Of a DNA stretch of 64,000 bases, positions 9,256-19,544 are shown in pieces (the stretch's first letter is position 1; the number at the start of each line of letters is the position of its first letter). Made by a program: the position numbers and the translations under genes. The stretch is from an uncultured Gemmatimonadales bacterium (lineage in GTDB: Bacteria > Gemmatimonadota > Gemmatimonadetes > Gemmatimonadales > GWC2-71-9), in the NCBI GenBank assembly GCA_963825055.1, contig CAWGSK010000002.1, positions 1 through 64,000 on the forward strand. The letters are read 5' to 3'. The notes beneath the pieces are model-generated. The model saw only the letters and a list, made by a program, of their open reading frames with translations. It was not told the origin of the DNA and did not search any database.

Positions 9256-10598
9256 CGATCAGGCTCCACCAGCGCAGAACCCACCGGCTTCCCGTCCCGC
9301 TTGTAGACCACACCATCCTTCATCACGAATACAGGTGTTTCGAGCCGGGTGACATCGCGGAGTGGATCGCCAGGTACCGCGACGACGTCCGCCAGCTTGC
9401 CTGGTGCGAGGGTGCCCACCCGGTCCTCCCAGCCGAACAGGCGCGCCGCGCTGCCCGTTCCCGCCACGATCGACTCCATGGGCGTCAGTCCGCCCCACTG
9501 CACCATGAGCGTGAACTCGTGGCCATTGGTGCCGTGCTTTCCCACGCCCGCATCGGTGCCGAGGGCGATCGGGACGCCCGCCCGCTTTGCGATGTGGACG
9601 GCGTTCTTCATCGCGTTGCCCGCGGCCGTCGCCTTCTCCGCACGGTGCCCGGTCAGGACGCCCTGGTCCACCAGGCGGAGCACCGTTTCGCCGGCGCTCA
9701 GGGTCGGGACGAGAAACGTGCCGTGTTCCGCCATCAGCTTGGCGCCCTCCTCGTCCAGGAAGGACCCGTGCTCGATCGAGGCGACCCCCGCCCGGGTGGC
9801 GATCTTGATCCCCTCGGTACCGTGGGCGTGCGCCGCGACCTTCCGCTCCAGCTTGGTTGCTTCCGCGACCATCGCCTGCAGCTCCTCCAGCGTGTACTGG
9901 GGCACACCCACGGCGTCACCCTCGCTCAGCACACCGCCGGTGGCGCAGGTCTTGATCACCTGCGCGCCATGCTTGGCCTGATACCGCACTGCCGCGCGGA
10001 CCTGGTCCGGGCCATCGGCAATGCCGGTCTGGACGGTGCCTTCCACGATGCCCGGCTTGAACCCGTTTTCATCGCAATGGCCACCCGTGATCCCGAGGGC
10101 CCAGCCGGCCGGCAGGATACGCGGGCCGGCGACGTAGCCGCCGTCGATCGCTTCCTGCAACGCGACGTCCCCGAAGTCCCGGCTGCCGACGACCCGTACG
10201 CTGGTGAAGCCCGCGAGCAGTGTGCGCATGGCGTGCTGGACGCCGAGGGCGGACTCGAAGCCCGCCAGGTCCCGCACCGCCGCGTTGTCCCACCCCGGTT
10301 CGCCCAGCTCCCGGCCGAGCAGGTGGACATGGGCGTCGAGGAACCCTGGCAGCAACGTGGCGTCGCCCAGGTCGATTGTCGTGGCGCCGGCGGGAATGGA
10401 CACCCCGGAGGCAGGCCCGACCGCCACGATCCGGTTCCCGCGCACCACAACCACGCCGTTTGCCACCGGCGCGGAGCCGGTACCGTCGATCAGCCGGGCC
10501 GCGCGGAGAACTACTGTCGAGTCTGCGGAGGCTGGCTGCTGGGCGGGAAGGGAAGGCGCAAGGGTGGAGAGGAACAGGAGCAGGGGCAGGAGGCGCAC
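9252..10598 (-). CDS. Secreted metal-dependent amidohydrolase (Xaa-Pro dipeptidase-like)
   Basis: Signal peptide; LLPGFLDAHVH, IKTCATGG, AHAHG, SIEHG, GTD, GKLAD motifs. Confidence 0.9.
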   Translation of the reverse strand: MRLLPLLLFLSTLAPSLPAQQPASADSTVVLRAARLIDGTGSAPVANGVVVVRGNRIVAVGPASGVSIPAGATTIDLGDATLLPGFLDAHVHLLGRELGEPGWDNAAVRDLAGFESALGVQHAMRTLLAGFTSVRVVGSRDFGDVALQEAIDGGYVAGPRILPAGWALGITGGHCDENGFKPGIVEGTVQTGIADGPDQVRAAVRYQAKHGAQVIKTCATGGVLSEGDAVGVPQYTLEELQAMVAEATKLERKVAAHAHGTEGIKIATRAGVASIEHGSFLDEEGAKLMAEHGTFLVPTLSAGETVLRLVDQGVLTGHRAEKATAAGNAMKNAVHIAKRAGVPIALGTDAGVGKHGTNGHEFTLMVQWGGLTPMESIVAGTGSAARLFGWEDRVGTLAPGKLADVVAVPGDPLRDVTRLETPVFVMKDGVVYKRDGKPVGSALVEPDR

Positions 10599-10700
10599 GG
10601 AGTCTCCTTACGGGATGGGGAGGCCTGACACGGGAGCGGATATGAGGGGGAATGATGGCAGTGGTGTACCGATCGGTCAAACGAACCGGCGTCCCCTGCC

Positions 10701-10722
10701 GACCTTCGACCTTCGACCTTCG
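10701..10722. repeat. Heptamer tandem repeat (GACCTTC)x3
   Basis: Read directly, just downstream of the 10730 stop. Confidence 0.8.
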
Positions 10723-10729
10723 TCTTGCT

Positions 10730-11179
10730 CTACCCGCAGAGAATGACTTCGTGCAGCCAGACCGCCCGGAAGCCACCGTTGACCGTCGTACCATCCCCGA
10801 AGCGCAAAGTCGCCTCGCCGACCACCGTGCTGTCCGCTTCGATGCGGCGGATCGTAACACGGGAAATAACTCCCGGGACGCAGTTGCTCGCGTCATAACA
10901 GCGGTACGCCGAGCCGATGTCGCCGTCCCCGCCGAAGACCCAGGTCTGGCCGGCCACCTCGTCAATGGGCCGGTAGATGGCGATGTCCACCCGGGGCAGG
11001 ACGGACCGCGGCTCGTCGGTGGCCGTCCCCGTCAGGGACAGCCAGAGCGCGGACCCGTCAACCGGCGTGCAGCCCTGCTCGGCATAGGCGAACGCAAACC
11101 CTTCCGGCGGTTCCAGGGGGTCCGAACTGCAGGCGCTGGCGGCCGCCAGGAGGGCAGCACAGAAGATGATGCGGCGCAC
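10730..11179 (-). CDS. Hypothetical lipoprotein, paralog of 8794..9255
   Basis: GGAG then GTG; lipobox ASAC; ends LCG. Confidence 0.7.
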   Translation of the reverse strand: MRRIIFCAALLAAASACSSDPLEPPEGFAFAYAEQGCTPVDGSALWLSLTGTATDEPRSVLPRVDIAIYRPIDEVAGQTWVFGGDGDIGSAYRCYDASNCVPGVISRVTIRRIEADSTVVGEATLRFGDGTTVNGGFRAVWLHEVILCG

Positions 11180-11288
11180 GAGAGTCTCCGGAATGACTGG
11201 TGAAATCGGGATGCCTGTCCGAGTGACCCTCGCGGCGGCTTCCCGGTCACCGTAAATGTCTACTCCGTGGGCGTCCCTCTGCCTCGTC

Positions 11289-12359
11289 TCATGATCGAGA
11301 GGCCGGCCATTGCTGTGTGACGCAGTGGAACGCGCCGAGGCCCCACACGAGGTCCACCGCATCGACGGGCACCACCCGCCGGGCGGGGAAGAGGTCCTGG
11401 AGAATCCCGCGCGCCTGCTCGTCGCGCGGCGGGTCGTAGGCGGGCAGCAGGACGACGTCGTTGCCGATGTAGAAGTTCGCGTAGCTGGCCGGGAGTCGCT
11501 GGCCATCCTGGTACATCGGGCGCGGCATGGGCAGGTCCACGATCCGGAACGGCCGCCCCGCCTGGTCCCGCATCGACTCGAGGCGCTTCCGGTTCTCCCG
11601 AAGCGGGGCGTAGTTCGCGTCTGCCGGGTCGTCTTCCGTCACGGTCACCAGGGTGGCGGGATCGGTGAACCGCGTCAGGTCATCCACATGGCCGTCGGTA
11701 TCGTCACCCTCGATGCCGTCGCCCAGCCAGAGAATGTGGGTGACGCCGAGGTAGTCACGGAGATACTGCTCGATGTCCGCCCGGGTGAGCGACGGGTTCC
11801 GGTTCGGATTGAGCAGGCACGCCTCGGTGGTGAGCAGGGTGCCCTCGCCGTTGACGTCGATCGACCCGCCCTCCATCACGATGCCGGGGTGGAACACCCG
11901 GAGTCCGTACTCCTCCCCGATCCGGGTCGGAATGACGTCGTCCTGGTCCCAGGGCGGGTACTTCCCGCCCCAGGCGTTGTAGCGCCAGTCCACGATGGCC
12001 TGCTCCCGAGTCCCATGCATCTCGCGGTTGATGAAGATGGGCCCGTGGTCGCGGCACCAGGCGTCATCGGTGGGATTGTGATGGAAGAACACCCGGTCCA
12101 TCACCGCCCCACGGTTCACGAGGAGGCGACGGACACCGTCCTCCATGTCCGGCCCGTTCACGTTGATGTGGACTTCCTCGCCGGGGGAGAGCAGGCTGAC
12201 CATCTCGGCAAAGATCCCCGGCACCGGCGCGAACTTGTCGGGCCAGGAGGCTGCCTTGTGTGGCCAGCTGAGCCACGTGCCGCGGTGGGGGGCCCACTCG
12301 GCCGGCATGCGGAAACCGAGTCGGGCCGGGGGAACGTCGGTGGGAAGGGCGTCGGCCAC
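11289..12359 (-). CDS. aguA: Agmatine deiminase
   Basis: RMPAEW, DAWCRDHGP, MEGGSID, DDTDGHVD, ASYANF, GAFHCVTQQ. Confidence 0.93.
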   Translation of the reverse strand: MADALPTDVPPARLGFRMPAEWAPHRGTWLSWPHKAASWPDKFAPVPGIFAEMVSLLSPGEEVHINVNGPDMEDGVRRLLVNRGAVMDRVFFHHNPTDDAWCRDHGPIFINREMHGTREQAIVDWRYNAWGGKYPPWDQDDVIPTRIGEEYGLRVFHPGIVMEGGSIDVNGEGTLLTTEACLLNPNRNPSLTRADIEQYLRDYLGVTHILWLGDGIEGDDTDGHVDDLTRFTDPATLVTVTEDDPADANYAPLRENRKRLESMRDQAGRPFRIVDLPMPRPMYQDGQRLPASYANFYIGNDVVLLPAYDPPRDEQARGILQDLFPARRVVPVDAVDLVWGLGAFHCVTQQWPASRS

Positions 12360-12361
12360 GG

Positions 12362-13252
12362 TCAGTCGACGTAGCGCCGGGTCAGGTCCTGGTAGGCTTC
12401 GATGCGCCGGTCCCGCAGGAAAGGCCAGTGCGTGCGTGCCGTATCGATCAGGCCCAGGTCGCATGGCACCACCAGTACCTCCTCGTCCTCGCCCGCGCGA
12501 GCGAGGACGTTGCCGTACGGGTCCGCGACGAAGCTGTTCCCCCAGAATTCGATCCCGCCGCCGGCCGCGCCCTCATGGCCGACCCGGTTCACGGCGACCA
12601 CGAACACGCCGTTGGCGATGGCGTGACTGCGCTGCATGGTCTCCCAGGCATTGCGCTGCGCGGCGCCATACTCGGCTTTCTCCGCGGGAAGCCAGCCGAT
12701 GGCGGTCGGGTAGAAGAGGATCCTGGCCCCGTGGAGGGTCGTAAGCCGGGCAGCTTCGGGGTACCACTGGTCCCAGCAGACGAGGGTGCCGATGTCGGCG
12801 TGCCGGGTCTTCCAGCTGCGGAAGCCGAGGTCGCCCGGGGTGAAGTAGAACTTCTCGTAGAAGAGCGGGTCGTCCGGGATGTGCATCTTCCGGTACTTGC
12901 CGAGCAGGCCACCGTCCGCGTCGATCATTGCCGCCGTGTTGTGATACAGGCCCTCGGTGCGCTTCTCAAAGAGGGAGGCCACGATCACCACGCCGAGGTC
13001 ACGGGCGACAGCGCCCAGCGCCTCGGTGCTCGGGCCGGGAATCGGCTCCGCCAGCTTGAAGTACTCGTGGTCCTCCGACTGGCAGAAGTACCGGGTGCGG
13101 AAGAGCTCCTGAAGGCAGATGACCTGTGCCCCGCGCCCGGCGGCGGTCCGGATGCCCTCGACCGCACGGGTGAAGTTGTCCACCGGATCCTGGTCGCAAC
13201 GCATCTGGACCAGGCCGACGTTGACCGTGCGGTCCGCGGGTGTGTTCGCCAT
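12362..13252 (-). CDS. aguB: N-carbamoylputrescine amidase (carbon-nitrogen hydrolase)
   Basis: Nitrilase triad motifs LQELF, YRKMHIPDD, VCWDQWYPE; adjacent to aguA. Confidence 0.9.
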   Translation of the reverse strand: MANTPADRTVNVGLVQMRCDQDPVDNFTRAVEGIRTAAGRGAQVICLQELFRTRYFCQSEDHEYFKLAEPIPGPSTEALGAVARDLGVVIVASLFEKRTEGLYHNTAAMIDADGGLLGKYRKMHIPDDPLFYEKFYFTPGDLGFRSWKTRHADIGTLVCWDQWYPEAARLTTLHGARILFYPTAIGWLPAEKAEYGAAQRNAWETMQRSHAIANGVFVVAVNRVGHEGAAGGGIEFWGNSFVADPYGNVLARAGEDEEVLVVPCDLGLIDTARTHWPFLRDRRIEAYQDLTRRYVD

Positions 13253-13355
13253 GCCACAAGATAACATCCAGCGGACCGGCTCTGGCCAGCGGAATGGCGG
13301 GCCCGTACCTTTCCCGCGGCGCACGCCGGGTTCCGGCGTCCCTCACCCCGACCGG

Positions 13356-14441
13356 ATGACCGTACCGATGATTCCTTCCCGGCCCGCCGCCGGTACCCTC
13401 GCCCTGTGTCTCCTTCTTGCCGCCCCTGCGGCCGCGCAGGATGTGACCTGGCGCAACCAGGCCACCTTCTACGGGGACAACACGGAGTTCTTCACGCCCT
13501 ACCGTGTGGGAGAGACCATCCTAGGCGCGTGGCTCAAGACCTGGCTCGATGTCCGGCCCGGTCCGAAGACGCAGGTGCTCGCCGGGGTGTTCGGCGACTA
13601 CCGCTATGGCAGCGACGAGTTTGCGGACGACGTCAAGCCGATCATCAGTTTCCGGTACCGCACACCGTCATTCCTCGGCGTACTGGGGACGCTCGAGAAC
13701 CCCAACCGCCATGGATACCTCGAGCCGCTCGAGGTCACGACACTCGAACTGACCCGGCCTGTCGAATACGGGCTCCAGATGCAGGTGGGCTACCCGCGCT
13801 GGGACCTCGAGGCGTACATCAACTGGCAGGCGCTCAACACCAGCAGCAGCCGGGAGATCTTCGACTACGGCCTGCTGCTCAACGTACGTCCGACGGATTT
13901 CCTCGAACTGCGGTGGCAGAACCACGGGCTGCACCACGGGGGGCAGTTGTTCCAGGCCGGTGTCCCCGTCACGAACAACTTCGTGACGGCGGTGGGAGCC
14001 CGGCTTCACGGCGACCTCGGCCGGGTCCTGGGCGAGGGATCGGTGCAGGGGTTCTACATGGCGAGCAGCGGCAACATTGATCCTGCTCCCCCGCCTGGCC
14101 GGCCCGACCGGGGTCACGGCATGTATCTCCGGGGTGCCGTGCATCCGTGGGGGTATCTCGAGCTGTTCGGGATCTTCTGGGCGGGGCGTGACTTCCTGAG
14201 CGACGAGGGAGACCCGAACTACAACTCGGTCGGGCACGATGACGCATTCTACCGCTCGCGGCGGCGGTACGGCGAGATCGGAGCCAGCCGCCGCACCCGC
14301 ATCGACGGAACGGTGGACCTCACGGCAGAATTCCGCCTGCACCGGATCGACAACGAACAGAGCGAGGCGCTGTTCAGCTCGAAGTGGGAATACTCGTACC
14401 GCCTCGTCGTGGCGGTGCCGCTGGACGTTGTGCTGCGGTGA
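13356..14441 (+). CDS. Hypothetical secreted / outer-membrane beta-barrel protein
   Basis: Signal peptide ending AAA-Q; alternating aromatic beta-strand pattern; start uncertain (13356 or 13368). Confidence 0.7.
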   Translation: MTVPMIPSRPAAGTLALCLLLAAPAAAQDVTWRNQATFYGDNTEFFTPYRVGETILGAWLKTWLDVRPGPKTQVLAGVFGDYRYGSDEFADDVKPIISFRYRTPSFLGVLGTLENPNRHGYLEPLEVTTLELTRPVEYGLQMQVGYPRWDLEAYINWQALNTSSSREIFDYGLLLNVRPTDFLELRWQNHGLHHGGQLFQAGVPVTNNFVTAVGARLHGDLGRVLGEGSVQGFYMASSGNIDPAPPPGRPDRGHGMYLRGAVHPWGYLELFGIFWAGRDFLSDEGDPNYNSVGHDDAFYRSRRRYGEIGASRRTRIDGTVDLTAEFRLHRIDNEQSEALFSSKWEYSYRLVVAVPLDVVLR

Positions 14442-14473
14442 GAAGCGATCAGTGAGAGGTGCGCGCCTACTCC

Positions 14474-16363
14474 CTACTGCCTACTTCCTACCGACATCAT
14501 GGCCTGGCCGCCTGCCGCGTCCCAAGCCGCCACGATCTCCTCGCCCTGAACGGTGTGGTCGAAGCCGCGTTCCGACATGGAAACCGTGGTGATGTTCGAG
14601 CGGCGCACGGCCGCTTCCGGCCGGCAGGTGACCTCGACCGGGTGACCCACCGAGGTTTCCGGCGCAAACACCGCCCCGGCTGGGAGGGCATCGGGGTTCC
14701 ACCGCCAGGTGACCGTCAGGTGGCCATCGTCCTCGAACCGGTAACGCTTGACCAGCCCGACCGGGTCCTCGGCCGGGGTTGAGAGCACCACGACCAGGGC
14801 TCCGCCTTCCTCCACCATCAGCGCCGAGCGCGGGATGCCTGCGCCGGCCCACAGGATCTCCCCGTCGGCTCCGCGGAAGACATCCACCAGCATGGCGCGT
14901 GGCCAGGGGTCAACCGGCGGCAGCTCGGTGAGCGCCGCCGCGTTCTCGATGTCGTGGATGCTGGCCGCGCCGCCCTCTGTGTTCCCTCCCTCCGCCGCCA
15001 CCCGGTGGTACGCCTCGCGGCGCCGGGTCAGGGTGTCGGCCAGGTTCAGGCCGCGGTCGAAGAGAGTCAGTTCCTCGATTGCGCCGCCGCGACGGGGACT
15101 GATGGTCGCCGCAAACCGGGCCGCGTGGACCAGGATCTCCGCGTGGCCGTCTCCATCTGCGTCCACGCTCTCCGACGCCATCGCCTCGCCGGCGCGGAGC
15201 GCCTGCTCGGCAGCCGCCAGTTCACGCCAGATCGCATGCCGCAGGTGCGGGAGGTACAGCCCGCCGAATACCCCGTGCCAGTACGCGTCGTTGCACTGCG
15301 CCCGCCCGATGGCCCGGCGCGGTGCAGCCGGGTTCCCCCGTGCGCGACAGAGCCGGGAGAGGGCGGAGGCCTTCTTCTGCATCCGGTTGGATTCGGGATA
15401 CTTCACCAGAAAGTTGCGCCAGTGCCCGCCACGGACGAACGCCGTGTCTTCTTCCAGGCGCTTCTCGCCCAGGTCGTCCTCGAGCGCCTTCAGCCGGAGC
15501 GCGGCCCGGGCAGGGAGGGACCATCCTTCCATCTCCCGGTAGGACGCCGTCGGCAGGTAGGCCAGGCCCGCACTCGGCACCTCGGCGAGGGCCTGTGCGA
15601 ACGTCACCAGCCGCACTTCCTCCTCGCTGACCAGCCGCTCCATCGTGCCCAGGAAATCGCGCAGCCATCCCTGTCCGTACACCCAGTCGTGGGTGCCCGG
15701 CCAGCCGCCGAACTTCTCGCCGTCGTCGGCCAGGACCGCGAGTGGATGCCCCGCCGCGCCCAGCTCGCGCAGGTACGTGACGGCCTCAGCCGGGGGCCGG
15801 AAGGGGATCAGGTACCGCAGCTGCTCGTCGATGGCGAACAGCGCCAGACTCCTGCCGTCGCTCTCGGTATGCCACGGGCGGTGCAACTGCTCCCGCTCGA
15901 AGCCCGCGGCCAGGAAGTGCCGGTCGTCCACCAGCGCGTACCGGACACCCGCATCGGCCAGGTCGCTGGCGAGCTCGGGCTCCCACACGCGCTCGGTGAG
16001 CCAGAGGCCGGTGGCGAGAAATCCGAAGCGCCGCTCCAGCGCCTCCTGCATCCAGCCGATTTGTTCCCGGCGGTCCTCCCGCGGCAGGGCCGCCAGGATC
16101 GGCTCGTAAAACCCGGCCAGGAGAAGTTCGAGCTTTCCGTCACTCACCAGGCGTCCGATCCGGTCCAGGTAGGGCCGGCTGTGCTGTTCCATCCACTCCA
16201 GCAGCGGCCCGGAGATGTGCAGCACGAGCGGAAAGAACTCCCGCTCCTCTACCAGGTCGAGAAAGGGTGTGTATACCTCGGCAACGTGTTGCTGGAACAC
16301 GTGGTCGAAGTTGCCGACGGGCTGGTGCAGGTGAAGGCCCAACGGGAAGCGGACAGGTGCCAT
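14474..16363 (-). CDS. GH57 alpha-amylase / 4-alpha-glucanotransferase
   Basis: HLHQP, WLTERVW (nucleophile E), DDGEKFGGW (acid/base D), QCNDAYWHGVFGGLY. Confidence 0.9.
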   Translation of the reverse strand: MAPVRFPLGLHLHQPVGNFDHVFQQHVAEVYTPFLDLVEEREFFPLVLHISGPLLEWMEQHSRPYLDRIGRLVSDGKLELLLAGFYEPILAALPREDRREQIGWMQEALERRFGFLATGLWLTERVWEPELASDLADAGVRYALVDDRHFLAAGFEREQLHRPWHTESDGRSLALFAIDEQLRYLIPFRPPAEAVTYLRELGAAGHPLAVLADDGEKFGGWPGTHDWVYGQGWLRDFLGTMERLVSEEEVRLVTFAQALAEVPSAGLAYLPTASYREMEGWSLPARAALRLKALEDDLGEKRLEEDTAFVRGGHWRNFLVKYPESNRMQKKASALSRLCRARGNPAAPRRAIGRAQCNDAYWHGVFGGLYLPHLRHAIWRELAAAEQALRAGEAMASESVDADGDGHAEILVHAARFAATISPRRGGAIEELTLFDRGLNLADTLTRRREAYHRVAAEGGNTEGGAASIHDIENAAALTELPPVDPWPRAMLVDVFRGADGEILWAGAGIPRSALMVEEGGALVVVLSTPAEDPVGLVKRYRFEDDGHLTVTWRWNPDALPAGAVFAPETSVGHPVEVTCRPEAAVRRSNITTVSMSERGFDHTVQGEEIVAAWDAAGGQAMMSVGSRQ

Positions 16364-16374
16364 GAAGCTGCCGG

Positions 16375-18015
16375 TCAGAGGTGCATGGCCCGGGAGCCCG
16401 CCAGCGCGGCGTGGATCGCGGGGAGGATATCGGGAAAGATATCGTCCCTCCGACGGAGATTCTCCGCGAACCGGCTGGCGCCTTCCGGATCGCGCGTTCC
16501 GGGACGGAGGGCGGCTGTCAGGATACGTGCGTTGGTCGCGTGCTCACTGAACCGTCGTTCCGCGTAGTCGGTCGCCGTTCCGCCGGTCAGGTGGAAGGGC
16601 CAGTCCGAGGCCTGGGCGAGAAGCATCTCGCGCGCGGCCTGGGCCAGCAGTTCATGCCGTCCCGGATCGGCGATCGCGATCGGAGCGGCGTCCCAGAACG
16701 CCTGTTCCAGCGCCCAGATCTGGTGCCAGAGCCACGCCGTCCCGTCATGGAGCCAGTAGCGGAAGTCCCCGCCGGCACCCCACGTGCCCGGCTCGAGACG
16801 GATGCGCTCCGGCGTGCCGATGCGCGCAAGGTGCCGCTCGGGAGTATCGGCCACCAGCGCCCCGTCATCCCGAAGTCCGTCCCACAGCCGGTCGAGGAAG
16901 GTGACGCCTTCGGCCCACCAGTGGCCGAAGAGTTCCGTATCGAACGGCAGGACGATGGCGTCGACGTTGCTTCCCCCCGCCACCCGCTCGAGGGTGCCCA
17001 GCAGGTGCGAGGCCTGCGCTCCCGCCCGCGCAGCCGCGGCGGCGGGAGCGTACCAGTCCCGGATGCCCAGTGGAGCTCCCCGCGGCCCGATCGACCAGTA
17101 GCGGAGGCCATCCACATCGCTCTGGCGATGGAATTCGAGGTAGGCGGGATCCCCCGGGTACCCGGTCTGCCGGTCCCAGACCAGGCGGCTGCCGAGAGGG
17201 TCGCGGATGAACACGGCCACCTCAGGTGCTCCGCGCGCCGTCGCCACCGAGCGCACGCGGCTGGCCCCGACGGCGGTCGGCATCGGCATCGCCTCCGGCG
17301 GCCCGCTCCAGGCGCCGGGAGCGGGGCCCGCTCCCGCAAGGTGCGCCTCGGTCACGAACCAGCGAAATCCGGCGTCCGCCAGATGCTCGTCGATCCCGCG
17401 GCGCACGCCGGCCGGGGCATCGAAGCCGGGCGCCCAGCGGCCGCGCGGGCGATAGCCGCACTCGGGAAGCCAGCACCCGGCCGCGTCGCGCCCGAAGTGC
17501 CGGCGGTGCTCCAGGCGGGCCACGGCGAGGTGGAGCCTGATGCTCTCGTCGCGGGCCAGCAGCGGCAGGAGCGCGTGCGTGGCGCTGGAGGTCATGAGTT
17601 CGACGCTCCCGTCGTTCGCCAGCGCGCGCAGCCGCCCGGTGATGTCGCCGTCCGCGTCGTCGAACTGCATGCGTGCACGGAGGATCCGTTCGCGCCACCA
17701 CTCCCGGAGTGGACCGGGCTCGGAGGCGGGAAGGGCCAGTCGTTCCAGGCGGGCCCCGCACCAGCGCCGGAAGAGCGCTGCGAAGCCCGGGGCCGCGAGC
17801 TGGGCCAGGAGGACCGGGGTCAGCCCCACGGTGGCGAGGGGGCCATGCCCGCGATGTCGTTCGAGCGAGGCGAGGAGCGGGAGGTAGGACTCGAGAACGG
17901 CCTCGCAGAGCCAGTCGCTGCCGTGCGGCCACTGCCCGTGTTCCAGTACCCAGGGAATGTGGCTGTGCAGGATGAGCATCAGCCGGGGCCGGGGGCGGGG
18001 GCGGGGGCTGGTCAC
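16375..18015 (-). CDS. GH57 1,4-alpha-glucan branching enzyme
   Basis: LHSHIPW, WLPECGY, PFDTELFGHWWAEG, AQASDWPF; GTGA overlap with the glgA stop. Confidence 0.88.
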   Translation of the reverse strand: MTSPRPRPRPRLMLILHSHIPWVLEHGQWPHGSDWLCEAVLESYLPLLASLERHRGHGPLATVGLTPVLLAQLAAPGFAALFRRWCGARLERLALPASEPGPLREWWRERILRARMQFDDADGDITGRLRALANDGSVELMTSSATHALLPLLARDESIRLHLAVARLEHRRHFGRDAAGCWLPECGYRPRGRWAPGFDAPAGVRRGIDEHLADAGFRWFVTEAHLAGAGPAPGAWSGPPEAMPMPTAVGASRVRSVATARGAPEVAVFIRDPLGSRLVWDRQTGYPGDPAYLEFHRQSDVDGLRYWSIGPRGAPLGIRDWYAPAAAAARAGAQASHLLGTLERVAGGSNVDAIVLPFDTELFGHWWAEGVTFLDRLWDGLRDDGALVADTPERHLARIGTPERIRLEPGTWGAGGDFRYWLHDGTAWLWHQIWALEQAFWDAAPIAIADPGRHELLAQAAREMLLAQASDWPFHLTGGTATDYAERRFSEHATNARILTAALRPGTRDPEGASRFAENLRRRDDIFPDILPAIHAALAGSRAMHL

Positions 18016-19499
18016 TGGACCGGGGGTGCCGAGAGGATGTACCGGTAGACCTTGTCGTATCGCGCGGCGGAGCGCCTCCAGCCGAAGTCGCGGCGCATCC
18101 CCTCCCGCATGATGGTCCGCCACAGGCTCCGGTCGTAGTAGTAATCCATCACCTGCCGCGCGACCCTGAGGAGGTCCTCCGAGCTGTATTCGTCGAACAG
18201 GAACCCCGTGACGCCGTCCTCGATGGTGTCGGTCAGGCCCCCCACGCGCCGGGCCAGCGGCACGGTGCCGTAGCGCAGCGCGCGGATCTGTGCGAGGCCG
18301 CACGGCTCGTACAGGCTCGGCATGAGGTAGATGTCGGCGCCGGCCATGAGACGGTGCTCGAGCTTCCCGGAGAAATCCAGGTGCACGTGCACCCGATCGG
18401 GCCAGCGGGCCTCGTATTCCTTGAGCGCGGCCTCGTAGCGGGGCTCGCCGGTGCCGATGAAGATGAACTGCGCCTCGAGCATGAAGAGCGTGTAGTCGCC
18501 CGTGATCAGCTCCATGCCCTTCTGTCCGGTCATGCGGGCGGCGCTCACGAAGAGCGGTATCCGCCGGCGCTGGGGGAGGCCGAAGCTCCGCTGGAGCGCG
18601 GCCTTGCACCGCGTCTTGCCTTCCAGGTGGTCAGGGTCGTACGTCGCCGCGATGTTCTCGTCCCTGGACGGGTCCCACTCCTGGGTATCCAGGCCGTTGA
18701 TGATGCCGGTGAAACGGTCGCCGCGGGCGATGAATACGTCCTGCAGTCCAAAGCCGCCCACCACGGTGCGCAGTTCGTGCGCGTGCGTGGGACTCACCGT
18801 CGTGACGGCGTCCGCGAACACCAGCCCGCCCTTCAGCAGGTTGACCTGGCCATGCCACTCGAGGAACTGCCAGGTGTAGAGTTCCCACGGGAGCCCGATC
18901 TCCGGTATGACGTCGGCCGGGAAGTGCCCCTGGAAGCCGGCGTTATGGACCGACAGGACGGTACGGATCTGTCGCGCGAACGGCTGGTCGCGATAGACCG
19001 TGCGGAGGTACACGGGGGCCAGCGCGGCATGCCAGTCATGCGCATGAAGGATCGCGGGTGCGCGCGTGACGCGGTGGAGGATGTCCAGGGCCGCGTGACA
19101 GAAGAAGGCGAAACGCCAGGCGTTGTCATCGTAGTCGCGGCCCTGCTCGCCATACAGCGAGGGCCGGTCGAAGCAGGGGTGGTCAATGCAGTAGACCCGC
19201 GGCTGGCCCGGGACGACCGGCAGCCGGAAGAGCCGTGCTTCCTCCGTGCGTGACCCGACCACCACCGGGAATGGCTGTCCCACGCGCTCGAGCTGGGGCG
19301 CGGCGCCGCGAACCGAACGGTGGAGGGGGATGATGACGGCAACGTTGCGGCCGGCAGCGGCCTGGTGCGCGGCGAGTCCCGCCACCGCCTCGGCCAGGCC
19401 GCCGGTCCTGGCGAGCGTACCATACTCCGCCGCAAGATGGACCACGCCGAATTCCTCGGGATGCTGGTCCTGCACGGGCCCGGCGGGAAGGGTTGGCAT
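18012..19499 (-). CDS. glgA: Glycogen synthase (GT5)
   Basis: RTGGL, HAHDWH, HNAGFQG, MPSLYEPCGL, VGGLTDT. Confidence 0.92.
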   Translation of the reverse strand: MPTLPAGPVQDQHPEEFGVVHLAAEYGTLARTGGLAEAVAGLAAHQAAAGRNVAVIIPLHRSVRGAAPQLERVGQPFPVVVGSRTEEARLFRLPVVPGQPRVYCIDHPCFDRPSLYGEQGRDYDDNAWRFAFFCHAALDILHRVTRAPAILHAHDWHAALAPVYLRTVYRDQPFARQIRTVLSVHNAGFQGHFPADVIPEIGLPWELYTWQFLEWHGQVNLLKGGLVFADAVTTVSPTHAHELRTVVGGFGLQDVFIARGDRFTGIINGLDTQEWDPSRDENIAATYDPDHLEGKTRCKAALQRSFGLPQRRRIPLFVSAARMTGQKGMELITGDYTLFMLEAQFIFIGTGEPRYEAALKEYEARWPDRVHVHLDFSGKLEHRLMAGADIYLMPSLYEPCGLAQIRALRYGTVPLARRVGGLTDTIEDGVTGFLFDEYSSEDLLRVARQVMDYYYDRSLWRTIMREGMRRDFGWRRSAARYDKVYRYILSAPPVQ

Positions 19500-19544
19500 G
19501 CGGTTTCCGTGGCGGGGGGCAGGCGACCGTCGGCCGTGCAGGGC

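Noticed and set aside
16375..18609. 744-aa GH57 with long N-terminal extension
   Set aside because: The extension overlaps glgA out of frame; GTG 18015 overlapping the glgA stop is the better start
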